Below the pieces are notes generated by a model that worked only from the letters and a program-made list of their open reading frames with translations, did no database searches and was not told the DNA's origin. 64,000 bases of DNA from Candidatus Onthenecus intestinigallinarum (GTDB lineage: Bacteria > Bacillota > Clostridia > Christensenellales > Aristaeellaceae). Location: NCBI GenBank assembly GCA_018713325.1, contig DVFJ01000017.1, positions 9,355-73,354 of the forward strand, written 5' to 3'. Every line of letters begins with the position of its first letter. Position 1 is the first letter of the stretch. Below, piece after piece: positions 11,182 to 21,499 of the stretch. Made by a program: the position numbers and the translations under genes.

Positions 11182-11281
11182 GCCTGATCCTTCCCTTCCG
11201 TATGCATCCGCCCGCGCGGGGCGGTCTGCTCCCATTGTAGCACGACTGCGCCCGTTTTGCAAAAAAAGTTCGACCGGGGGC

Positions 11282-11310
11282 TTGACAATTTGTGTTTGCG
11301 ACGGTATGCT
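11282..11310 (+). promoter_or_regulatory. sigmaA promoter of the ABC exporter operon
   Basis: TTGACA-17-TATGCT. Confidence 0.75.
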
Positions 11311-11396
11311 ATTCCCTGTACGGCGCTGCGAACCGTCGCGGCGGCGCACCACGGCAATGGATTCACCCAATACACAGGCGAAAGGAGGCGGATGAA

Positions 11397-11477
11397 ATGT
11401 TCGGATTCATGGCGAATTTGTTCCTGCGCGGCATCGTGCCGCATGCGCGCGTTTCGTCCGCCCGGCGTCGGCCCTAG
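11397..11477 (+). CDS. Putative 26-aa leader peptide
   Basis: AAAGGAGG RBS then MFGFMANLFLRGIVPHARVSSARRRP*, within the 5' leader and before a terminator. Confidence 0.55.
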   Translation: MFGFMANLFLRGIVPHARVSSARRRP

Positions 11478-11506
11478 CCTTCGGGCCGCCTTGTCTGGGA
11501 GATTTT

Positions 11507-11541
11507 GGGCGTCGCTGCGCACGCAGGGGCGCCCTTTTTTT
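11507..11541 (+). terminator. Leader terminator (attenuator) upstream of the ABC genes
   Basis: GGGCGTCGCTGC...GCAGGGGCGCCC followed by a T run, about 35 nt before the ABC start codon. Confidence 0.65.
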
Positions 11542-11575
11542 GCGCCCCGACACTTCTACACAGGGGGGATTCCCG

Positions 11576-13396
11576 ATGCAAAACCATCCCAAGGCCGCGC
11601 TCGTGCTGCGCTTCCTGCGCGGACGCGCGCGCCTGCTCGTCCTCTCGCTCGCCTGCTCGATGCTGTGCATCGTCCTGGGCGCGATGACGCCGCAGGTCAT
11701 CAAGGCGGCGGTCGACTGCGTGCTGGGCGACGCGCCGCTGCCCGCGGGCTTCGGTTTCCTCGCGCCCGCGGTCGATGCCGGCGTGCTGCCCGCGCTACTG
11801 GCCGCCGCCGCCACGCTGGCGTTTCTGGCCCTGTGCAACGCCCTGAGCGACTACGTGGGCCGCATGGCCCTCGCCCGCGCCTCCGAGGGCTTCATCAAGG
11901 CCATGCGCGACGCGCTCTTTTCGCACATCCAGCGCCTGCCCTTTGCGTGGCATGTACGCCATCAGACGGGTGAGATCATCCAACGCTGCACGTCCGATGT
12001 GGAGGTCGTACGCTCCTTCGTCGTCAATCAGCTGACCGAGGTCGTGCGCACGGTGTTCATGGTCGCGTTCTACCTGGGGCTGATGCTCTCCATGAACGCC
12101 AAGCTCTCCCTCGTCGCGCTGGTCTTTCTGCCCATCGTGGCCGGCTATTCGATGGTCTTCTACACGCGCATCGCCCGCCGCTTCCGCACCGCCGACGAGG
12201 CCGAGGGCGAGCTGACCAGCGCCGTGCAGGAGAACCTGACCGGCGTGCGCGTCGTGCGCGCCTTCGGCCGCGAGCGCTTCGAAGTTGAGCGCTTCGACGA
12301 GCGCAACGAGCGCTTCTCCGCGCTGTGGATCCACCTGGGCCGCCTGCTGTCCTACTACTGGTGCATCGGCGACCTGATCACCAGCATCCAGATCATCACC
12401 GTCGTGTGCGCGGGCGCGTACATGGCCGTCGCCGGCGAGATCTCCCTGGGCATGTTCCTGGCCTTTGTCAGCTACAACCAGTCGCTGATCTGGCCCGTGC
12501 GCGGCCTGGGCCGCATTCTCTCGGAGATGAGCAAGGCCAGCGTGTCCATCGAGCGCGTGCGCTACATCCTGGACGCCCAGCCCGAGGTCGAGCCCGAGCG
12601 CGCGCTCACCCCGCCTCTTGACGGCGACATCCGCTTTGAGCATGTGACGTTCGGCTACGGCGGACAGGATGTGCTGCGCGATGTGAGCTTCACCATCCCC
12701 GCCGGTTCCACTGTCGGCATCCTGGGCGGCACGGGCAGCGGCAAGTCCACGCTCGTGCACCTGCTCGACCGCCTCTACGACCTGCCCGACGGCGGCGGGC
12801 GCATCACCATCGGCGGCGTGGACGTGCGCGACATCCGCCGCAGCCACCTGCGCCGCGGCGTCGGCCTGGTGCTGCAGGAGCCGTTCCTCTTCTCCCGCAC
12901 CGTGCGCGAGAACATCCTCGCGCCCGACCCGCAGGCCGGCGAGGACGCCCTGCACGAGGCCGCGCACACCGCCTGTGTGGACGAGGCCATCGAGGGCTTT
13001 GCCGACGGCTACGACACCGTCGTGGGCGAGCGCGGCGTCACGCTCTCCGGCGGGCAGTAGCAGCGCGTGGCCATCGCCCGCATGCTCATGCAGCGCGCGC
13101 CCATCATGCTCTTTGACGACTCGCTCTCCGCCGTCGACGCGCAGACCGACCAGCTCATCCGCACCCGCCTGCGCGAGCGGCTCTCGGGCGCGACGGTCGT
13201 GCTGATCTCCCACCGCGTGACCACGCTCATGCAGGCCGACCATATTCTCGTGCTCGACGGCGGGCGCATCGCACAGTCCGGCACGCACGAGGAGCTCATC
13301 GCGCAACCCGGCCTCTACCGACAGATCTACGACATCCAGATGAGCGCCGCCGACCGTGCGCTGCTGGAGCACAGCGGCGAAGCCGCAAAGGAGTGA
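11576..13396 (+). pseudogene. Multidrug-type ABC exporter subunit (TMD+NBD) interrupted by an in-frame TAG at 13058-13060
   Basis: Walker A GGTGSGKST; signature reads LSGGQ*QRVAIAR and continues in frame through Walker B (MLFDDSLSAVD) and the H-loop (ISHR) to TGA at 13396. Confidence 0.8.
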
Positions 13397-13403
13397 TCCC
13401 CCC

Positions 13404-15230
13404 TTGGCATTTGACGAAACCGAATACGCCGGCCGCTCCTTCGAGCCGGCCGTCTGGAAGCGCCTCTTTCCCTTCCTACGCCCCTTTGGCCCGCTGCTGC
13501 TCGTCGTACTCGCGCTCAACGTCGTGTGCGCGCTGGTCGACATCGTCCTGCCGCTGCTGCAGCGCTACGCCATCGACCGCTTCATCGTCGGCGGCACCAC
13601 CGACGGCATCGGCGGCTACTTCCTGTTCTGCGTGGGCGTCATCCTCGTGCAGACGCTCTCCGTGCTCGGCTTCACCCGCGGCTCCATGAGCATCGAGATG
13701 CGCCTGGGCCGCGACATGAAGCGCGCGTGCTTCACGCACCTGCAGCGCCTGTCCCTCTCCTACTACAACGTGACGCCCGTGGGCTACATCCTCTCGCGCG
13801 TCATGAACGACACCAACCGCATCGCCGGCCTCATCGCCTGGAACTTCTTTGACATCGTCTGGGCGCTGCTCTACGTGCTGGGCGTCCTTTGCGCCATGGC
13901 CCTGCTCAACCTGCGCCTCGCGCTCGTCGTGCTGCTCGTCGTGCCCGCCATCGCCGTGCTGACCGTGCTGTTCCAGAGCCGCATTCTCGCCTGGAACCGC
14001 CGCGTCCGCCACGCGCACTCGCGCATCACCGGCGCCTACAACGAGGGCATCATGGGCGCCAAGACCAGCAAGACGCTCGTCATCGAAGAGCAGAACTGTC
14101 GCGACTTTGACGCCCTGACCGCGCAGATGCAGCACAGCGCCGTGCGCGCCGCGCGCCTGTCCGCCGTGTACATTCCGCTCGTCGCGTGCCTGTCCAGCCT
14201 CGCGGCCGCCGCCGTGCTCGTGCAGGGCGGCCTCATCACCGCCCAGGGCGGCATGATGATCGGCACCCTCTCCGCCTTCCTCTCCTATGCCGTGGGCATC
14301 TTCGAGCCCATCCAGCGCCTGGCCCGCATGCTCGCCGACTTCATCAGCGTGCAGGCCAACATCGAGCGCGTCACCGGACTGCTCGACCAGCAGCCCCTCG
14401 TCGTCGATTCGCCGCAGGTCGTCGCCCGCTACGGCGACTGCTTCCATCCCATCCGCGAAAACTGGGAGCCCATCCGCGGCGACATCGAGTTTGAGGACGT
14501 CTCCTTCCGCTATCCCGACGGCAAGGAGGACGTGCTCTCCCACTTCAACCTGAAGATCCCCGCCGGCACCACCGTCGCCATCGTCGGCGAGACCGGCGCG
14601 GGCAAGTCCACGCTCGTCAATCTCGCCTGCCGCTTCTTTGAGCCCACGGCCGGCCGCATCCTCGTCGACGGGCGCGACTACCGCGAGCGCTCCCAGCTGT
14701 GGCTGCACTCCTCCATCGGCTATGTGCTGCAAAACCCGCACCTCTTCTCCGGCACGGTCATGGACAACATCCGCTACGGCCGCCTGGACGCCACCGACGA
14801 GGAGGTCCGCGCCGCCGCCGAGGCCGTCTCCGCCGACACCGTCGTAGACAAGCTCGACCGCGGCTACCTCTCCGACGTCGGCGAGGGCGGCGACCGCCTC
14901 TCCACCGGCGAAAAGCAGCTGATCTCCTTCGCCCGCGCCGTGCTGTGCGATCCGCGCATCTTCGTGCTGGACGAGGCCACCAGCTCCATCGACACCCGCA
15001 CCGAGCAGCTCATCCAGCACGCCATCGAGCGCCTGCTGCGCGGGCGCACCTCCTTCCTCATCGCGCACCGCCTGTCCACCATCCGCCATGCCGACCTGAT
15101 CCTCGTCGTGCACGAGGGCCGCATCGTCGAGCAGGGCACGCACGAGCAGCTCCTGCGCCAGGGCGGCCGCTACCACGACCTGTACGTCAAGCAGTTTGCC
15201 CAGGAGGCGCAGTCGCGCGTCATGGGCTGA
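13404..15230 (+). CDS. Multidrug-type ABC exporter subunit (TMD+NBD)
   Basis: GETGAGKST, LSTGEKQLISFARA, VLDEATSS, IAHRLST; TTG start after AAAGGAG. Confidence 0.93.
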   Translation: MAFDETEYAGRSFEPAVWKRLFPFLRPFGPLLLVVLALNVVCALVDIVLPLLQRYAIDRFIVGGTTDGIGGYFLFCVGVILVQTLSVLGFTRGSMSIEMRLGRDMKRACFTHLQRLSLSYYNVTPVGYILSRVMNDTNRIAGLIAWNFFDIVWALLYVLGVLCAMALLNLRLALVVLLVVPAIAVLTVLFQSRILAWNRRVRHAHSRITGAYNEGIMGAKTSKTLVIEEQNCRDFDALTAQMQHSAVRAARLSAVYIPLVACLSSLAAAAVLVQGGLITAQGGMMIGTLSAFLSYAVGIFEPIQRLARMLADFISVQANIERVTGLLDQQPLVVDSPQVVARYGDCFHPIRENWEPIRGDIEFEDVSFRYPDGKEDVLSHFNLKIPAGTTVAIVGETGAGKSTLVNLACRFFEPTAGRILVDGRDYRERSQLWLHSSIGYVLQNPHLFSGTVMDNIRYGRLDATDEEVRAAAEAVSADTVVDKLDRGYLSDVGEGGDRLSTGEKQLISFARAVLCDPRIFVLDEATSSIDTRTEQLIQHAIERLLRGRTSFLIAHRLSTIRHADLILVVHEGRIVEQGTHEQLLRQGGRYHDLYVKQFAQEAQSRVMG

Positions 15231-15298
15231 ACCCCGAAGGCTCGAGAGCGGCGAACTGGACGAAGCCGCCGAAATGAGCGGCAGGCGCGGCCTGGCCT

Positions 15299-15327
15299 TT
15301 GACGCCATTGCCGTGCGATGGTATAAT
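15299..15327 (+). promoter_or_regulatory. sigmaA promoter with extended -10
   Basis: TTGACG-17-TATAAT with upstream TG. Confidence 0.7.
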
Positions 15328-15357
15328 GTCGTCACTACCGAATCTGGAGGCGATACG

Positions 15358-16512
15358 ATGAAGTACAGGGCGCTGGGAAAGACGGGGCTGTCCGTCAGCG
15401 AAATCGGCCTGGGCGCGGAGTGGCTGGAGCGCTGCGGCGCGCAGGAGGTCTGCGCGGTCGTCGAGCGCTGCGAACAGGCCGGCATCAACATCCTCGACTG
15501 CTGGATGTCCGAGCCCAACGTGCGCTCCAACCTCGGCGCGGCCATCGCGGGCAAGCGCGATCGTTGGATCATTCAAGGGCATCTGGGCTCCACCTGGCAG
15601 GACGGGCAGTATGTGCGCACGCGCGAGCTCGGCGCGGTCCGTCGCGCGTTTGACGACCTGCTGGAGCGCCTGCGCACGGACTACATCGACCTGGGCATGA
15701 TCCACTTTGTGGACGAGGCGGCAGAGTACCGCCGCATCATGGACGGCGAGTTCCTCCGCCACGCGCTCGACCTCAAGCGTGCGGGAACGATCCGCCACAT
15801 CGGCATGAGCACGCACAACCCCGACGTGGCCAAACTGGCCGCGCACAGCGGCGTCGTCGAGGTGATCCTCTTCAGCGTCAATCCCGCCTTCGACCTGCTG
15901 CCGGCCAGCGAAAACCTGGACGACTGCTTCCGCGATGCCTACGACGCCTCTCTGCGCGGCATCAACCCGCAGCGCGAGTCGCTCTACGCGCTGTGCGAAC
16001 AGCGCGGCGTGGGCATCACCGTCATGAAGGGTTACGCGGGCGGTCGATTGTTCGACGCGAAGACCTCGCCCTTCGGCGTGGCGCTGACGCCGGTGCAGTG
16101 CATTCACTATGCGCTGACCCGTCCGGCCGTGGCCAGCGTGCTGGCCGGATACAGCACCGTCGCCCATGTCGACGCGGCGGTGGCCTACGAGACGGCCAGC
16201 GAGGCGGAGAAGGACTATGCCAGCGTCCTGGCCAGCGCCCCGGCGCACGCCTACTACGGCCAGTGCACCTACTGCGGCCACTGCGCCCCCTGTCCCGCCG
16301 GCATCGACATCGCCATGGTCAACAAGCTCTACGACCTCGCGCTGATGCAGCCGCAGCTGCCCGCCACGCTGCGCGCGCACTACGCCCAGCTCTCCGCCAA
16401 CGCGGCGGACTGCGTCGGCTGCAAGGGCTGCGAGGCGCGCTGTCCCTTCGGCGTGCCCGTAGCCAGCCGAATGGTCAAAGCGGCGGAGCTGTTCGCCCGC
16501 GCAGAGGGCTAA
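15358..16512 (+). CDS. Aldo/keto reductase with C-terminal 2x[4Fe-4S] domain
   Basis: MKYRALGKTGLSVSEIGLG, LRTDYIDLGMIH, CTYCGHCAPCP...CVGCKGCEARCP. Confidence 0.92.
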   Translation: MKYRALGKTGLSVSEIGLGAEWLERCGAQEVCAVVERCEQAGINILDCWMSEPNVRSNLGAAIAGKRDRWIIQGHLGSTWQDGQYVRTRELGAVRRAFDDLLERLRTDYIDLGMIHFVDEAAEYRRIMDGEFLRHALDLKRAGTIRHIGMSTHNPDVAKLAAHSGVVEVILFSVNPAFDLLPASENLDDCFRDAYDASLRGINPQRESLYALCEQRGVGITVMKGYAGGRLFDAKTSPFGVALTPVQCIHYALTRPAVASVLAGYSTVAHVDAAVAYETASEAEKDYASVLASAPAHAYYGQCTYCGHCAPCPAGIDIAMVNKLYDLALMQPQLPATLRAHYAQLSANAADCVGCKGCEARCPFGVPVASRMVKAAELFARAEG

Positions 16513-16668
16513 CGCCCCCGTGCCAAGAGGGAGCGGCAAAGCTTGTCTGTCTGTTATACGCCGAATCAGGGCCCGCGCCTTTGCGCGGGCCTTTGGCTTG
16601 CACAACGAAAAAATAGGGAGGCCGAAGCCTCCCCGGGTGAAATTTTTCGCAGGACACACCGCGCGCCT

Positions 16669-17325
16669 TTACAGGCCGAAGTGCGCATTGAGCAGCTCGA
16701 CGGTCTTCTTCGCGGACTCGCCCGTCACCGACGCGCAGCGCGCCAGGCGGACCGGATCGCTCATCTCGGCGATGCCGTTGGCGGACATGAACTTGCCCAC
16801 GGAGTCCACGCAGTTGACGGACTCGGCCACGGAGGTCGTGGGCGCGTTGCCGTCCGGATCATGCTCCGGGAAGGCATGGCCGCGGTACCAGTCGAACAGC
16901 TCCTTGGTGATCGCGCGGGCGTCCGTCGCCTCGCAGAACAGGCCGATCGCCGCGCAGCAGCCGCCCAGCGAGCCGCACAGCGAGTTGGCGCCGTAGCCGG
17001 CCGCGCCGTTGCAGAACATCTTGGCCGGGAACTGGTTGAACGGATAGCCGACCGTCTCGGCCAGCTGGCCGATGATCGCGTCAAACGCGCCGGCCGCACA
17101 GCCGCCCAGGTCGTAGAACGACTGGTAGCCGCGCTCGAGCGTCGCATCCGGATCCAGCTTCTGATACGTGAAGGGATACGCCGGCGCCTCCACGGCCTCC
17201 TCGGCCACGGCGTGATCATACGCGCCCAGCAGCGGGCTGACCGCGCTCAGCGCGGCCGCGCCGGCGAGCACCTTACCAGCCGAACGCAGAAATTCACGGC
17301 GATCCTGCAGCTTGTTCTCTTGCAT
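16669..17325 (-). CDS. Tat-exported C-GCAxxG-C-C family redox protein (split-Soret cytochrome c-like)
   Basis: DRREFLR twin-arginine signal; GGCAAGAF, LCGSLGG, NCVDSV, RCASVT cysteine pattern. Confidence 0.75.
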   Translation of the reverse strand: MQENKLQDRREFLRSAGKVLAGAAALSAVSPLLGAYDHAVAEEAVEAPAYPFTYQKLDPDATLERGYQSFYDLGGCAAGAFDAIIGQLAETVGYPFNQFPAKMFCNGAAGYGANSLCGSLGGCCAAIGLFCEATDARAITKELFDWYRGHAFPEHDPDGNAPTTSVAESVNCVDSVGKFMSANGIAEMSDPVRLARCASVTGESAKKTVELLNAHFGL

Positions 17326-17442
17326 GGGATAGTCCCTCCTTCGATTGTCGCCCAAAGGACTGGCCTTCGGGGCGTCTGCGCTCATTATAGCACGTTCCTT
17401 GCGGCGGAACAAGTTCACCCCGGTAAATTTTTGTTTTTTTCT

Positions 17443-18240
17443 TCACAAATATGCATTCATTGCACTCAGCCGCTCGAAGATCAGGTCCGGCCGCACACCC
17501 GTGCGCTCCACGTCCGAAAGCGTCGCCTCGCCCGTGAGCACCAGGATGCTCAGCATCCCGAAGCGCAGCCCCGTCTCCACGTCCGTATACAGCCGGTCGC
17601 CCACCATCGCCAGCTCCTCGCGCGCAAGCCCCGTCAGGCGCAGCGCCTCCTCCACGATGCCCGCGTTCGGCTTGCCGATGATCACATCCGGCCGCCGCCC
17701 GGCGCTCGCCTCCACCAGCGCCAGCATCGCGCCCAGATCCGGCGCAAAGCCCGTCTCCGTCGGGCAGTTCAGATCCGGATGCGTCGCCACGAACGGCAGC
17801 CCCGCCCGCACCAGGTCGCACAGCCGCGTCAGCTTTTCATAGGTCAGCGTCGTGTCGTACGTGGCCAGCACATAGTCCGGCCGTTCGTTGTCAATCAGCA
17901 GGCCCAGCTCTTCCAGCTCCGCGCGCACCGGCTCGCTGCACAGCACATACGCCCGCTGCCCCGCATGCTCCCGCAGGCAGTAGCGCGCCGCCGCCTGCGC
18001 GCTGGTCAGCACGTTCAAAAACGGCGCCCGCACCCCCATGCGCGAGAGCTTGTCCACATAGGCCTGCGCCGGCCGGCTGGAGTTGTTCGTCACAAACAGC
18101 GCCCTGCGGCCCGTCTCCTGCAGCCGCGAAAGAAAGGCCAGCGACCCCTCCAGCAGCCGGTTGCCCAGGTAAAACGTGCCGTCCATGTCCAGCAGAAAGC
18201 ACCGCACCTGCGAAAGCCGCGCGCGAATCTCCTGATCCAT
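17443..18240 (-). CDS. HAD-IIA family hydrolase (NagD-like)
   Basis: LLDMDGTFY, VTNNSS, IIGKP, MVGDRLYTD. Confidence 0.92.
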   Translation of the reverse strand: MDQEIRARLSQVRCFLLDMDGTFYLGNRLLEGSLAFLSRLQETGRRALFVTNNSSRPAQAYVDKLSRMGVRAPFLNVLTSAQAAARYCLREHAGQRAYVLCSEPVRAELEELGLLIDNERPDYVLATYDTTLTYEKLTRLCDLVRAGLPFVATHPDLNCPTETGFAPDLGAMLALVEASAGRRPDVIIGKPNAGIVEEALRLTGLAREELAMVGDRLYTDVETGLRFGMLSILVLTGEATLSDVERTGVRPDLIFERLSAMNAYL

Positions 18241-18396
18241 TCGCATTCTCCCCCTCCCGCGGGCCATGCCCGCGCTTTTCTCATGCAATTCTCATGCGTC
18301 CCTCAGCCGCCTCCAAAGCGCCGCGCCCCTGCGCGTGCTATGCTATTCCTGCCGGCCTGGACCGGCGTACACGCAGTGGACAAGGAGGCTGTTTTC

Positions 18397-18987
18397 ATGA
18401 ACGCATATCAAAACGACTTATTGGAAAGCGTGGAATACCTGCGCGCGCACGCACGCGTCTCCTACGCCCGCGCCCTGGAGCTACTCGAGGCCCACGGCGG
18501 CGACGTCGCCGCCTGCCTGATTGAGCTCGAGCGCGACGGGTGCGTCAATTCCCCTTCGGACGCCCCGGGCGCCGCGCCGCAGGCCGATGCGGAGGCCGCT
18601 GCGCAGGCCGATGCGGACGCCGCGCCGGACGTCCGATCCGCCGTTTCGGATGCCATGCGGCGGGCCAAGCATGCCGCATGCAGCGCATTGAGCACACTGC
18701 TGCGCCTGCGGGTGAACGTGTCGCAGGCGGGCGCACAGGTGACGGACCTGAGCGCGCTGTTCGTCCTGGCGCTGGCGATCCTGTGCCCGCCGCTGCTGCT
18801 GCTGGCGGCGCTGGTGCTGCTCCTGCTGGGCTATCGATTCGGCATGAGCGCCGTACAGGCGCAAGACGTGATGCAGCCGCTGGGCGAGCTGGTGCGCGGC
18901 ACGGGCCGTTCGCTGTGCACGCTGGGGCGCAGCGCGGTACAGACGGTGCGCGATCTCATGCGCGAGGCGCAGACGGCGCGCGGCTGA
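18397..18987 (+). CDS. DUF4342-like protein with UBA/TS-N-like N-terminus
   Basis: LESVEYLRAHARVSYARALELLEAHGGDVAACLIELE plus a C-terminal hydrophobic hairpin; AAGGAGG RBS. Confidence 0.6.
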   Translation: MNAYQNDLLESVEYLRAHARVSYARALELLEAHGGDVAACLIELERDGCVNSPSDAPGAAPQADAEAAAQADADAAPDVRSAVSDAMRRAKHAACSALSTLLRLRVNVSQAGAQVTDLSALFVLALAILCPPLLLLAALVLLLLGYRFGMSAVQAQDVMQPLGELVRGTGRSLCTLGRSAVQTVRDLMREAQTARG

Positions 18988-19091
18988 CGGACGCGCCCTC
19001 TACGGATCCCGATGCACACGCATTGCGTTTCCATTATAGCATTTTTCCGCGCGATGGTCTATAATGGAGGGAACCAAAGGAGGGATTTCCC

Positions 19092-20399
19092 GTGACCACG
19101 CCCCTGACACTCGCCCGGGCGGCGCGCGAGGCCGCGCCCGCGCTGGCCGCGCTGAGCGCCCAGGACCGCAACCGGGCGCTGCTGTGCGCCGCCGAGACGC
19201 TGCGCGCCCGGTGCGAGGATATCTTTGAAGCCAACCGCTCAGACCTGGCCCGTGCCCGCGAACAGCATCTGGCCGCGCCGCTGCTGAGCCGCCTGCGCTT
19301 TGACGAGGCCAAGCTGCGGAGCGTGCTGGACGGCCTGCAGGCGCTGGCGGCGCTGCCCGATCCGCTGGGCTGCACGCTGCTGGCCACGCAGCTGGCCCCA
19401 GGTCTGGACCTGTACCGCGTCTCCTGCCCGATCGGCGTGATCGGCGTGATCTTCGAATCGCGCCCGGACGCGCTGGTGCAGATCGCGTCCCTGTGCCTCA
19501 AGAGCGGCAACGCGGCGCTGCTCAAGGGCGGCAGCGAAGCCGATGCCACCAACCGCGCGCTCTTTGCCGCGATGCAGGAGGCGGCCGTGCGCTGCGGCGT
19601 GCCCGCGGGCGCGCTGGGCCTGCTGCACACACGTGAGGACGTGAGCGCGCTGCTCGCGCTGGACGAATACGTCGATCTGATCATCCCGCGCGGCTCGAAC
19701 GCGTTCGTTCGCAGCATCATGGACCGCTCGCGCATCCCGGTCATGGGCCACGCCGAGGGCGTGTGCCACGTGTACGTCGATGCCGCCGCCGACCTGGACA
19801 TGGCCGTCTCGATCGCGGTCGACTCCAAGGCGCAGAGCGTGGCCGTGTGCAACGCCTGCGAGACGCTGCTGGTGCACGCGGACATTGCGGACGCGTTTCT
19901 GCCGCGCGTGGCCCCGGCGATGGCGCAGGCCGGCGTGCGCCTGCGCGGCTGCGAGCGCACGCGCGCGCGCATCGACTGCGAGCCCGCCTGCGAGGACGAC
20001 TGGCGCGCGGAATATCTGGACTACGTGCTGGCCGTGCGCGTCGTCGACTCGCTGGATGCGGCCATCGCGCACATCAACCGCTACGGCTCGGGCCACACGG
20101 ACTGCATCGTGACCGGCGACGCACAGGCCGCGCGCCGGTTCCTGGCCGAGGTCGACTCCGCCGACGTGTTCCACAACTGCTCCACGCGCTTTGCCGACGG
20201 CTTCCGCTTCGGCCTTGGCGCGGAGGTGGGCATCGCCACGGGCAAGCTGCACGCGCGCGGGCCCGTGGGCCTGGACGGCCTGTGCACCTACAAGTACAAG
20301 CTGCTGGGCAGCGGCCAGACGGTCGCGCCCTTCGTCCGCGGCGAGGCGGCCTTCACCCACCGCCCGCTGCACGAGCCCTGCCCGATGGAGAGACGCTGA
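19092..20399 (+). CDS. proA: Gamma-glutamyl phosphate reductase
   Basis: PIGVIGVIFESRP, KSGNAALLKGG, VCNACETLLVH, STRFADGFRFGLGAEVGIATGKLHARGPVGL. Confidence 0.96.
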   Translation: MTTPLTLARAAREAAPALAALSAQDRNRALLCAAETLRARCEDIFEANRSDLARAREQHLAAPLLSRLRFDEAKLRSVLDGLQALAALPDPLGCTLLATQLAPGLDLYRVSCPIGVIGVIFESRPDALVQIASLCLKSGNAALLKGGSEADATNRALFAAMQEAAVRCGVPAGALGLLHTREDVSALLALDEYVDLIIPRGSNAFVRSIMDRSRIPVMGHAEGVCHVYVDAAADLDMAVSIAVDSKAQSVAVCNACETLLVHADIADAFLPRVAPAMAQAGVRLRGCERTRARIDCEPACEDDWRAEYLDYVLAVRVVDSLDAAIAHINRYGSGHTDCIVTGDAQAARRFLAEVDSADVFHNCSTRFADGFRFGLGAEVGIATGKLHARGPVGLDGLCTYKYKLLGSGQTVAPFVRGEAAFTHRPLHEPCPMERR

Positions 20400-20402
20400 C
20401 GC

Positions 20403-20442
20403 AAAGGGACGCGCATCCTGCGATGCGCGCCCCGTTTTTTTG
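20403..20442. terminator. Terminator between convergent proA and dehydrogenase genes
   Basis: GGGACGCGCATC...GATGCGCGCCCC followed by a T run. Confidence 0.65.
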
Positions 20443-20446
20443 TTGC

Positions 20447-21493
20447 TCATTCGTTGACGAGCATGATCTTGCCGTGCACGTCGCGCGGGTTGCGGTAGAG
20501 CGCGAACGCCTCCGCCGCCTGCGACATGGGGAACGTGCGGAAGATGAACGCCGGGTCGAACTTCAGGTCGCCGCGCGCGAAGTGGTGCGCCGTCAGCGTC
20601 CACTCGCGGCCCGGGAACGGCGCGGAGTAGCTCATCCAGCTGCCCGTGAGGTAGAACTCGCGCCGGTTCATCAGCTCAAACTCCTGCGGCGTGAACGTCA
20701 GCTCTGTGTGCGGCGTGCCGATGAAGCACAGCCGCGCCTTGTTGGCCGCCAGGTGGAACGCCATGCGCATCGTGACCGGATTGCCCGCCGTCTCAAAGAT
20801 GCAGTCAAACCCGCGCCCGTCGGTCAGCGCCATGGCCTGCTCCATGAACCCCTCCTGCGAGGTGTTCACCGCCGCGTCCGCGCCCATGCGCAGCGCCAGC
20901 TCCAGCCGGCCTGCGTCCAGATCGAACGCCACCAGCCGCCGCGCGCCCATGATGCGCGCCCACTGCGCCGTGAAGATGCCGATCGTCCCGCAGCCGAGCA
21001 CCGCCACATCCCCACCGCCGCGGTAGTCCGCCTGCAAAAGCCCGTGCAGCGCCACCGTCGAGGGCTCGAACATCGCCGCCTGCGCGTAGGGGATCGACGG
21101 GTCGTACTTGACCGCGTTGACCGCCGGCAGCACCACGTAGTCCGCAAAGCTGCCCTGCTGACGGCTGCCGATGAAGCTGTAGTGCCGGCACAGCGAGTAG
21201 TTCCCCCGCTGGCAGTCCGCGCAGCGCATGCACGGCGCCAGCGGCGCGCCCGTCACCGTGTCGCCCACCTGCAGCCCCTGCACGCCCTCGCCGACCTCCG
21301 CCACGTCGCCGCTGAACTCATGCCCCAGCACCACCGGGTAGAAGTGCGCCCCGTGGTGCAGCACCCGCGGCACGTCGCTGCCGCAGATGCCCGTGGCGCG
21401 CACCCGCACCTTGACCATGCCCGGCCCGCAGACCGGCGTCTCCCAATCCGCATAGCGGATGTCCTCATTGCCGTACAGTACCGCCGCTTTCAT
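20447..21493 (-). CDS. Zn-dependent polyol(-phosphate) dehydrogenase (galactitol-1-P 5-dehydrogenase-like)
   Basis: GICGSD, LGHEFSG, CMRCADC...C, GCGTIG, GSWMSYSAPFPGREW. Confidence 0.85.
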   Translation of the reverse strand: MKAAVLYGNEDIRYADWETPVCGPGMVKVRVRATGICGSDVPRVLHHGAHFYPVVLGHEFSGDVAEVGEGVQGLQVGDTVTGAPLAPCMRCADCQRGNYSLCRHYSFIGSRQQGSFADYVVLPAVNAVKYDPSIPYAQAAMFEPSTVALHGLLQADYRGGGDVAVLGCGTIGIFTAQWARIMGARRLVAFDLDAGRLELALRMGADAAVNTSQEGFMEQAMALTDGRGFDCIFETAGNPVTMRMAFHLAANKARLCFIGTPHTELTFTPQEFELMNRREFYLTGSWMSYSAPFPGREWTLTAHHFARGDLKFDPAFIFRTFPMSQAAEAFALYRNPRDVHGKIMLVNE

Positions 21494-21499
21494 TGTACT

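Noticed and set aside
11310-11541. T-box riboswitch
   Set aside because: No recognisable T-box GGTGGNACC motif before the terminator; a uORF explains the leader better
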